This document shows positions 19,777 through 28,588 of a stretch of DNA of 37,586 nt, piece by piece. The DNA lies in contig JALAGF010001522.1 of NCBI GenBank assembly GCA_030167865.1, positions 1-37,586 of the forward strand, given 5' to 3'. Below the pieces are notes generated by a model. It was not told where the DNA came from and made no database searches. It saw only the letters and a program-made list of their open reading frames with translations. This DNA comes from Craspedostauros australis. Lineage: Eukaryota. The position numbers and the translations under genes are program-made. Each line of letters opens with the position of its first letter. Position 1 is the stretch's first letter.

Positions 19777-21684
19777 ATGATGGAGTCTCCTCCGATGCGA
19801 TCCAACTCTTCATCGGGCGTCCGAAGACGCTCCATCCTGCACTTCCCGTCCTTTACCTTCGTCGTCTCTTCCATGGTGGCCATGGCTGCAGCATCGCGTG
19901 CGCCTCTTCGCTGCGGTGCGTTCGTGGCCAACGACAGGACGTCGTTATCCTTCCATCATCGTCAGCAGCAATATGAAAAGCAGGATGAAAAGCAACAACG
20001 GAGAAAGACAGCGGCCCTCTTCCCATCGTCGCTTCACGCCACGCAAGATAGTCCCGCCGTCTCCTCCAACCTTTACTGGCCATCGCCGGAAGAGCAACAA
20101 ACGGATGGCCTGGACGAGGCCAACATCAACGGCGACTACGATGGCGAGGAAGACGGCGAGCAAGAAGTCACGCTCCAATCCACAATCTTCGACTCCATCA
20201 TCAAGATCTACTGCACCCACAGCGAACCGGATTTCCTCATGCCATGGCAGAAGGTCCAGCAAAGCACATCCACCAGCAGCGGCTTCATCATCGCGGAGGA
20301 AGACAGCGACGGGGGCTTCCGCATCATGACCAACGCCCACTCCGTGGAGTACGCATCCATCATCCAGGTCCAACGACGCGGACATCCCCAAAAGCACCGC
20401 GCCGTCGTCGAAGCCATCGGCAATGACTGCGATCTCGCCCTGCTCAAGATCGTCGACGAGGAAGGATTTTGGGGCGACGCCCCCGTCCCCGCGCTGCAGC
20501 TCGGCGAACTGCCAGACCTGCAGGACGAGGTAGACGTGCTGGGCTTCCCCACGGGCGGCGATTCCATGTCCGTCACATCGGGCGTCGTCTCGCGCATCGA
20601 GATGCAGGAGTACACCCAATCCGGCACGCACCTCCTCGCCATCCAGGTCGACGCCGCCATCAATCCAGGAAACTCGGGCGGCCCCGTCGTCGACGATCAT
20701 CTGCGCGTCATCGGCGTGGCCTTTCAGGGCCTCGATTCGGCCGAGAACATCGGCTACGTCGTGCCCGTCACGGTCGTGCGACATTTCTTGCAGAACATTC
20801 GGCGCAACGACAAATTCACGGGATTCTGCCGTCTCGGCGTGGATCTCGGATTGATCGAGAACGAATCGTTCCGCAAGTCGTTGCGCATGGATCCGCACCA
20901 ATCCGGCGTCATGGTGCGCAAATTGGCGCCGACATCGCGCGCCGCGGCGTTGGACCACAAGCTGCTGCGCCGCATGGACGTCATCACGAGTTTGGACGGC
21001 ATTCCCGTGGCCAACGACGGCAAGATACCGTTCCGCGTCGGCGAGCGCGTGTCGATGAGCTGCTACGTGCAGACCAAGTTCGAGGGTGAGATGGTGGCCG
21101 TGGGCGTGCTGCGCGATGGCGAGGAGCATATCATCGACGTGCCGGCGACGCCGTCGGAACGGCTCGTGCCGGGACATTGGGACGATCTGCCGCCGCCGTA
21201 CGTCGTGGTCGGTGGCATGGTGTTCACGCCGTTGTCGTTGCGGTATTTGGATGCGTCGAGCGCGTGGAGCGAGTACGTCTCCGACAACATCAGCTACCTG
21301 CTGGGTCAGGTGCGACAGTCGGTGGAAGCCAAGGGCGACCAGGTCGTGGTGCTGTGCCAGGTGCTGGCGCATCCCAAGAATTTGGGGTACGAGAACATGG
21401 CGGATCTGCAGCTGACCAGCGTGAATGATCAGAAGGTGACGTCGTTGCGGCAGTTGCAACAAGTGCTGCAAACCTGTGAGGATGAATTCCTGACATTCGA
21501 GTTTGCGCCATCAGGTCAGCTGGTGGTGCTGGAACGATCGGAACTTGACTCCATCACGGAGCAGGTGTGTAAGGAGCATTTGATCCAGGCTCCCTGCTAT
21601 ATGCATGGAACGAATGCTGACTCTGACGGTGATGGCGATGTTGATGCTGATGTAGCAGACACCGTCGATGCTGGCAACCAATGA
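19777..21684 (+). CDS. Deg/HtrA serine protease (Deg2/9/10-like, two PDZ domains), probably plastid-targeted
   Basis: Catalytic triad motifs TNAHSV, DCDLALL and AAINPGNSGGP; PDZ region DVITSLDGIPVANDGKIPFR and PYVVVGGMVFTPLS..YL; presequence contains CGA-FVA. Confidence 0.93.
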   Translation: MMESPPMRSNSSSGVRRRSILHFPSFTFVVSSMVAMAAASRAPLRCGAFVANDRTSLSFHHRQQQYEKQDEKQQRRKTAALFPSSLHATQDSPAVSSNLYWPSPEEQQTDGLDEANINGDYDGEEDGEQEVTLQSTIFDSIIKIYCTHSEPDFLMPWQKVQQSTSTSSGFIIAEEDSDGGFRIMTNAHSVEYASIIQVQRRGHPQKHRAVVEAIGNDCDLALLKIVDEEGFWGDAPVPALQLGELPDLQDEVDVLGFPTGGDSMSVTSGVVSRIEMQEYTQSGTHLLAIQVDAAINPGNSGGPVVDDHLRVIGVAFQGLDSAENIGYVVPVTVVRHFLQNIRRNDKFTGFCRLGVDLGLIENESFRKSLRMDPHQSGVMVRKLAPTSRAAALDHKLLRRMDVITSLDGIPVANDGKIPFRVGERVSMSCYVQTKFEGEMVAVGVLRDGEEHIIDVPATPSERLVPGHWDDLPPPYVVVGGMVFTPLSLRYLDASSAWSEYVSDNISYLLGQVRQSVEAKGDQVVVLCQVLAHPKNLGYENMADLQLTSVNDQKVTSLRQLQQVLQTCEDEFLTFEFAPSGQLVVLERSELDSITEQVCKEHLIQAPCYMHGTNADSDGDGDVDADVADTVDAGNQ

Positions 21685-21924
21685 TGCCAGTAGACGCAGA
21701 GTATGGCGATAAGCTATGAAGACTTGCTGAAAGCATGAGATCACAGATACGAGTGTAGAAACATGCATTGACTTCAACGGCAAGGTATAAATACATTGCG
21801 ACACTACTCCATGAAGATCCAGTTCCCGTTGGTCCGCCAATACGTGCGAGAAGAATGAGAATTGAGGCATGCTACATGCTTTACGGTGGGTGCTCGTATT
21901 TCTAGTGTGTATGTTAAATGGCAT

Positions 21925-23191
21925 TCATCGAATGATGACACTGTCTTTCACGTGTTCGAAATAGTTGATGATTTGTGGTGTGAACTTCCCCGTGGCATGG
22001 TCGTAATCCAGCACATTGACGCATGTGTCTGTCGTGGGATCGATGGAAGCAAGGTGGAGATTGGCGTGCAAGGTACCGTATGGGTACAGGAGCAAAAGAC
22101 CATGGTGAGCAACACGAAACGCGATGCAATGTACGAGCAATGCAATGCAATGCAATGCAATTCAATGTAATGAAGACCCAACATGCATTTCCCCCTTGTC
22201 AAAGCATGCGCTCTGCTTCTTTGTCCCAAGTAATGACGGGAGCAATAGCGACAACGACGACGACAGCAACACCCAAGTGATCTTCTCCTTCCTCTTGCTG
22301 TCTTCACTTACTCCCCTGTTGCAACGGAACCGAATAATCGTTCTCGTACAACAGCGACGACAGCAAGATCTTGTTGGTCCGCCCATGCGCCACGACGGCC
22401 ACGCGACTGTACTGCTGCGACGTCACGAGGCCTTCCAACGCGCTGCGCGCACGTTGTTCGACCTCCCGAAACGATTCGCCACCACCGGGAAACGGTATCG
22501 TGGGATCCTCCTTCATGCGATCGGCATGGGCGCGGTACCGTTGCATCAAGTTTGGATCTTCCGTGACGTGACCGCGCAGCTGCTTGCCTTCGAAATCGCC
22601 AAAATTCATCTCGTTGAATCCGTCCAGGATGCACCGCTGCGCATCGTCGTGCTGCCGCTGATGCACGGCGTCGGCCGTGGCGGAGGCGCGCTGGAGTTTG
22701 GACGACGCGACGACGTCCATGGGGATATTGTGCAGTTCCTTGGCGAGGCATTGCGCCTGGTGCTTGCCGTTGTCATTGAGGGGGATGTCGAATCCGCCGC
22801 CTTGCACGCGTCCTTGCTTGTTCCAGTTGGTTTCGCCGTGGCGCAGCAAGAAGACGCGTGTGGTGGTGGTCGCATCGAACGGTGGCAGCCGGTGTTGGAT
22901 GGTGGTCTGTTCGGCAGCGGTCGTAGCTGTAGCCGTAGCCGTAGCCGTACCTGTCGCTGTCATGGTGAGTCGGGTTGGTGATGTGTTTGCACGAGTAAGA
23001 GAATGAGATGGATGATGAACAGCCGTGAATGCGGAAACTGTGTTGATTGTGGCGAGTCCACAAATAGTAGCAAGGATGAGGAGCAGGACTGTGATGCGGG
23101 GTGATCTTGTCAGTGCAACGGCACTCGTAGCAGTGGGTTTGGAGATGGAGATGGACGCAGCGGAAAGTCTGGTGGGACTTGGGAACGGCAT
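21925..23191 (-). CDS. Histidine phosphatase / phosphoglycerate mutase superfamily protein, probably plastid-targeted; exons 23191-22312 and 22028-21925 (~327 aa)
   Basis: Motifs LLRHGETNWN, PLNDNGKHQA, SSKLQRASATA, EMNFGDFEG, GGESFREV, VVAHG. Splicing the GTAAGT...GACAG intron restores QG-NTCVNVLD. Signal peptide followed by VSA-FTA. Confidence 0.88.
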
Positions 23192-23903
23192 TGGCACGCC
23201 TGAGATGTGCCTCAACGTTGCTCTTTGCTCTTTGCTCTTCGCCCGATGTTGATTGAGAGGCTGCTGCTTCAAACCCGCGGTCGGTTGAGTTGATGTCACG
23301 AATGATCGCACGAGGGAACGGAAGGGACGCGAGCCTTGTGAAGGAATGTGGAAGTTGGAATTGGAAGAGGGAAAGAAGTGGTGAGGGCGCCAGCGAGACT
23401 CCCAATGACCAACGGGGCGGTTGATGGTGGTGGATGGTGTGTGACAAGGGAGACATCATGGGACTCAAGCAGATCATCCACAACATGCACCAACGTCATT
23501 CTTGTGGCGCAAAAAGACATGCCTTGATTTGTGATGGTTAAATAGACGTTGCGAATCGAACTCGAGGCCTTCCAGTCATGTATGACACGTTCGACCCACT
23601 CTGTCTCCTTTTGTGCCAGCGTTCACGACCACGCAGTTCTGTTGTTTTGCGTGCGCACCTGTTTTGATGGCGGACTTCGGTCTGTCTGAGGTGTTGGTGC
23701 CGCTGCCATGGTTGTGACAGCTGCTTTTGTTCGGCAGAACACACATGGAGAAACACGCACTCGTGAGAGGCAGTTCAGTGCATTTGCGAGTATCCACCAC
23801 ACACGAACACACACATTCGTGGACAAAGGCAGACCCAATCATTCGAGACAGAGCATCCCACTTTTCTGTCTGAGACAGTTGGTGCTCATAAAACGAAACC
23901 AGC

Positions 23904-24110
23904 AAAGAACAAAGAACAAAGAACAAACACAACACAACACAACACAACACAACACAACACAACACAACACAACACAACACAACACAACACAACACAACAC
24001 AACACAACACAACACAACACAACACAACACAACACAACACAACACAACACAACACAAAACAAAACAAAACAAAACAAAACAAAACAAAACAAAACAAAAC
24101 AAAACAAAAC
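23904..24110. repeat. Compound microsatellite (AAAGAAC)3-(AACAC)26-(AAAAC)11
   Basis: Read directly: AACAC at 23926-24055 and AAAAC at 24056-24110. Confidence 0.98.
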
Positions 24111-24218
24111 AAACAAGAGACAAGGGAGAACGAAACAAAGCGAAGCAGCCCATCTTTGAAGCAATCACAAACAGTTCCCAATCTCAGAACCGAAGACATC
24201 AACGCCAATCACATAACC

Positions 24219-24788
24219 ATGAAGATCGCCATCCCCACCGCTGCCATCGTCGCTCTGGCCACAATCGAACAAACCGTGGCCTTCACCCCGCAGCATGCTT
24301 CCATCCACAGACAGCAGCAGAAGTCGATGACCCAGCACAACCTCCTCCCAGGCCAAGGCGCCCAACTCGAGGCAGCTTTCAACGCCGCCGCCCTCAAGCA
24401 AGAGCAGATCCGCGAGAGCTTCGAACTCGATTCTGCTCGCACGATCGAGGCGGCCATCACGGCCTCAGCAGAAGCCATGACCGCGGACCTGGAGCCACGC
24501 GTCACATCGGCACGTGCGTTCGCATCCAAGCTGTTCTCATTGCCATCGGCCCGACGACAGGACAAGCACAACCCTCTGCTGCATGAAGACGTCGTGCTGT
24601 ATCCCGTCGTCGGATTCCAGATGGTGTGGGACGAGCAGAAACATCTGCGCGTGCTGCCGACCACGGCCAACGTCGCCTGCACGCTGCCGCCCTTCAACGA
24701 GGAGCTGTATGGGTGGTTTAGTCCAGCGTGCCATCTCAATCAGTATCAGGAGGATATTTGCCAATGTCCGTCGACGCACCAGGAGTAG
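24219..24788 (+). CDS. Hypothetical protein with bipartite plastid-type presequence (189 aa)
   Basis: MKIAIPTAAIVALATIEQTVA-FTP signal plus ASAFAP-like motif; strong coding codon bias; C-terminal YPVVGF...VLPT...AC...EELYGWFSPAC segment. Confidence 0.8.
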   Translation: MKIAIPTAAIVALATIEQTVAFTPQHASIHRQQQKSMTQHNLLPGQGAQLEAAFNAAALKQEQIRESFELDSARTIEAAITASAEAMTADLEPRVTSARAFASKLFSLPSARRQDKHNPLLHEDVVLYPVVGFQMVWDEQKHLRVLPTTANVACTLPPFNEELYGWFSPACHLNQYQEDICQCPSTHQE

Positions 24789-25807
24789 ATCAGGGAGACT
24801 GCTCTGCCCCATTGCTACGAGCATGTCTCACCATCACATCGCGTGATGAATGCATCCACTTCACTCTATTCGGGCTGAACAGCGCAAGAATCCACACCCA
24901 GGCGATCAAACTATCTGGGTGATGGGATTTCGCGCTCTCTCTCTCGCTTAGCCTCTCTCCATCTCCAACAGCCCCATCAATACCAGCAAGCCAACTTCAT
25001 GTTCCAACATCTCCTTATCTTCATCCGCACCCACCTACACCGTATCATACATGTATGCAGCCAACAGAAACACAATGCAAAACAACACCTGTACAATAAC
25101 AACCCTCCTGTGACAATAGAACCAAACAATTACACGCCTCATACCATACGCGCTCGTGCAACACAATCAATTGTGATGGGTCAAACCTGTTCATGGGACA
25201 CTCCAACCAAGAGAGTACAGAATCCGAATTCGTCCCATCCCAGTTCTGCCATCAACCCATGATCTCTCTGGATCCAACCAACCACCACAAAAGAGAAGAG
25301 AGATCTTGTTCAAGGATGGTGCCAACCATCACGCGCACGTGATGAACAAAGTTCTGTCAAAACCGTGTTTTCGTGATGGCTGATGTCTTTCCTGTTCGAT
25401 GGTTGGTCGACAATCGTCACAGGTACTATATATTGAGTACATTCAATCAAACACAACAACTAGAAAATACATCGGCTGAAATATTATATCCTATTTGTAG
25501 TACCTATTCGTGATTGTTGTGATACTACACCAACCTCAACATTCAGACGTTTGTTTTCTTCCACCAATTCTGTGTGGCCGATGATGTGTGATGGGTGGTG
25601 ATCATCGTTGGCCACACAGAACATCACAAAGCCAATGGAACAGCGCATAACACATCATTGCATCTTCCTCCTCGACAGGATACTGGCACATTGGGCCAAC
25701 GAGCGATTTGCAATACGCTGCCATACAGCAATACGAAGAGAGCCGCATCGGCAATCGGTTCCAGTGGAGTAACGCCATACTCTATCTCGATCCCCAAGCT
25801 GCCCATC

Positions 25808-28399
25808 ATGACGTTCTTCAACTCGACTTCCATCTGCCGGATGCTCGTTCTCGCGCTGCTGCTCCCATCGCCATCATCCATGGTCGCCACCGCCCTGGCA
25901 ACATCCAAGAATCGTTCCTACAAAACCTTCCTGAAGATCGATCACATGACATTGCGCAAGATCGCCACGAGCGACAATTCCATCGTCTTCATCGACGTCG
26001 AGAACGTGCGCGGCAAATCGGGATTCGAGCTGGACCATGACACCCTCCTGCACAACACTCACATCTGGATGCAGCAGCATTCCTTGTCCGGCAAGGTCAC
26101 TTGCATCGTCGATCATGGTTCCGTCGAATGCGGGTACTTCGCGCCGCAGCACGACGATATGGCCATCCTCTTTGCCGGTCCGCATCAGAAGGCCGATGAT
26201 GTCATCGCCAAGGATGTGCAGTACTTTGCCAACGTCCTCGTCGTCACCAGCGACGTGGAACTGCAACGCCGCTGTCGGCACAATGCCAACGACGAGCTGC
26301 ATATCATGAATCCGCTCAAATTCTTGGACGATGTGGAGCAGACGATGCGGCAGCATCGAGCGCGGCAAATGATGGAAGATGAAGACAACGATGCCGATGA
26401 ATCCGTCGAACCGAAAAAAGAGTCGCTGGATCTGAAGGAAGCAATCGAATTGGGACAGATGGATGTCGAGATCAAATTGGGCGGGCAGCTGCTGGAGGCC
26501 GAATCCATGATACGTTCCAAGAAGAACATGACGAAGAAGCGGCGCAAGAAGTTGGAACAACGTGCCCGCAATCTGCGAGAACGATTGGCAACGCGTGGTC
26601 CCTCCGTCCTGGATCGCGTTACGTCCATCCTCAACGACGATGACGATGCCAATGAAGCAGAGCAAAAGATGCTGCTGGACAAGTGGAAGCACATTCGCAA
26701 GATGGCATCGCGACGTGAGGAGACGGGCGATCGCGTCATCTTGGCGGAGCGGTTGCGCAGAGATCTGGAGGATAATGCGGACATCCCGCCGCGCAACGAA
26801 TTGTTGCCAGGCAACGACACGTGCGTCGCGATGACGCATGTCAATATCGCCAATGGGCTGGTAATGTCATCTGTGTTGGCAGATCGCAGCAAGATGCCGG
26901 CGCGATTGCCGCCGAAGCGTGCCTTTGTTGGTAGCAAGGATACAAAACGGGATGCCGTCCGCGCGATGGAGCGGCCGTCTGTGACAGAGGATGCGACGAT
27001 CGATGACTCATCGTCTGCATCATCGACATCATCCACCACTGTTTGGTGCGGCGACGAACAACGTCAAAAGCAACCCACTTTGTCCATGGTGGTCATTTCC
27101 GACACGCACGGGTACGAATACCAATTCGCGCAGCGATCTTCGTCGTCGGATGGCATGCTGCCCGACGCCGACGTCTTGCTGCATTTGGGCGACTTCGCCA
27201 TCGATGGCACCACGTCGAGAGTCAAGGAAGCCGTCGACCGGTTCGATATCTGGTTGGCGCAGCAACCTCACAAGCACAAGATCGTCGTGCGCGGCAACCA
27301 CGATCCCATCCGCTTCACATTCAAGCACAGCAACGTCACATACGTCACCAGAACGCAGACCATCGAAATTGGTGGATACAGACTGGCGTGCGTCCCGTAC
27401 GGATCCTCGCGCATGATGAAATCAGCGGGCGGGCTGCCATCCGACTGCGATGTCCTCGCATCTCACGTCCCGCCCAAGAATCATATGGACCGATGCTTGA
27501 ACGGACAGAACGTCGGCAGCCCGTTCCTCTTGCAACAGGTCCGCAAGTTGCAGGACCAGCGCAAGCCCAACCTCTGGTTGTGCGGGCACATCCACGAAGG
27601 ACGTGGCATGATGAAGCGCCGATTTGGCAAGACGAAAGAAACCACGATCATCAATGCCGCCAATGCCAATCATGGACGTGCGGAGACTTTGCGGTACGGA
27701 CCGGTCGTGGTGGAATTGAACAATCGCACCGACGATATCGAAGTCCTTCTCATGGACGATGCCAAACAGTCGGCGCGATTACCATCCGCTCCCGTTGCTT
27801 ACGCAACCCTCGATTCGTATGATCCACAGAATCCAGACGAAGATGAGTCGGCCTCACGTTCGCTGTTGCTCGCCGTGGATTTGGGATTGAAGACGGGCGT
27901 TTCCTTGTTCAATGATGAAGGTCAGCTCATTCGGTATCAGCAATTCCAATTCGGAGATCGCGAAGAGTTGGAAACCTTGGCATCGGATCTGCTGATCGAT
28001 TGGGAAGACACCGCCAACGATGCGGCGGAGGACGACGATGTTTGGAAGATCCGGCACGTCGCCATCGAAGGTGCCGATGTGGCACTGCGCGAGTCGTGGC
28101 GTCGCGTGATCGCGGATGATGATGAGATCGTTTTGTTGAGCGTCCCGCCCGAGGAATGGAGGTATCATCTGCTGACGCGCAAGGAACGCAAATCGGGTGC
28201 GGATGCCAAGGCAGCCTCGCGGCTGATCGCGAGGCAGGTGGTGCAGGACTACGGCATGCAGCAGCACGTTGGCAAATTCCCGACCGACGTTGCGGAATCC
28301 GTCGTGATGGGATTGTACGTTTCGCGGCGGTTGGGTTGGATCGAGAGGGAGCCGGCAATTCGGAGATTCATGAATGGCCGTGTTGTTGTTCCAAAGTAG
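25808..28399 (+). CDS. Multidomain protein: NYN/PIN-like domain + calcineurin-like metallophosphoesterase + RuvC/RNase H-like domain (~863 aa)
   Basis: Single intronless ORF. Domain 1: FIDVENVRG, VDHG, KADDVI, VVTSDVEL..R. Domain 2: ISDTHG, LHLGDF, RGNHD, SHVPP, CGHIHEG. Domain 3: LLAVDLGLKTGVSLF, VAIEG, PEEWR, AK..S, DVAESVVMG. Hydrophobic N-terminal segment. Confidence 0.85.
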   Translation: MTFFNSTSICRMLVLALLLPSPSSMVATALATSKNRSYKTFLKIDHMTLRKIATSDNSIVFIDVENVRGKSGFELDHDTLLHNTHIWMQQHSLSGKVTCIVDHGSVECGYFAPQHDDMAILFAGPHQKADDVIAKDVQYFANVLVVTSDVELQRRCRHNANDELHIMNPLKFLDDVEQTMRQHRARQMMEDEDNDADESVEPKKESLDLKEAIELGQMDVEIKLGGQLLEAESMIRSKKNMTKKRRKKLEQRARNLRERLATRGPSVLDRVTSILNDDDDANEAEQKMLLDKWKHIRKMASRREETGDRVILAERLRRDLEDNADIPPRNELLPGNDTCVAMTHVNIANGLVMSSVLADRSKMPARLPPKRAFVGSKDTKRDAVRAMERPSVTEDATIDDSSSASSTSSTTVWCGDEQRQKQPTLSMVVISDTHGYEYQFAQRSSSSDGMLPDADVLLHLGDFAIDGTTSRVKEAVDRFDIWLAQQPHKHKIVVRGNHDPIRFTFKHSNVTYVTRTQTIEIGGYRLACVPYGSSRMMKSAGGLPSDCDVLASHVPPKNHMDRCLNGQNVGSPFLLQQVRKLQDQRKPNLWLCGHIHEGRGMMKRRFGKTKETTIINAANANHGRAETLRYGPVVVELNNRTDDIEVLLMDDAKQSARLPSAPVAYATLDSYDPQNPDEDESASRSLLLAVDLGLKTGVSLFNDEGQLIRYQQFQFGDREELETLASDLLIDWEDTANDAAEDDDVWKIRHVAIEGADVALRESWRRVIADDDEIVLLSVPPEEWRYHLLTRKERKSGADAKAASRLIARQVVQDYGMQQHVGKFPTDVAESVVMGLYVSRRLGWIEREPAIRRFMNGRVVVPK

Positions 28400-28588
28400 A
28401 GTGGAGTCGAGTAGGTAAGCTGTTGTAGCCCAGGGTGGCGCCTCTACCCGCACTTTACTTGTACAACGATGAGTCTGTATTAGTATGTTACGCCTCTGTA
28501 CTCGACCTGGTTTCATGCGCAGTACGGGTCCAGAGCATTGTTACGTGCTGCTGTGACTATTGGAGTCGTCTGTTGCGTCGCTCTACAA

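Noticed and set aside
19945-21471. 508-aa minus-strand ORF, and similar long antisense ORFs at 25874-26839, 31549-32763, 31659-32840 and 34040-34858
   Set aside because: Each lies opposite a well-supported GC3-rich gene; these are typical stop-poor antisense frames.
23576-24586. ORFs with CCVVL or QHNTT repeats
   Set aside because: Translations of the AACAC/AAAAC microsatellite, not credible proteins.
25595-25807. Upstream ORF extensions from non-ATG starts (also 12817, 23311, 24156, 30622)
   Set aside because: The extensions are UTR-like; downstream ATGs give plausible signal peptides or start contexts.
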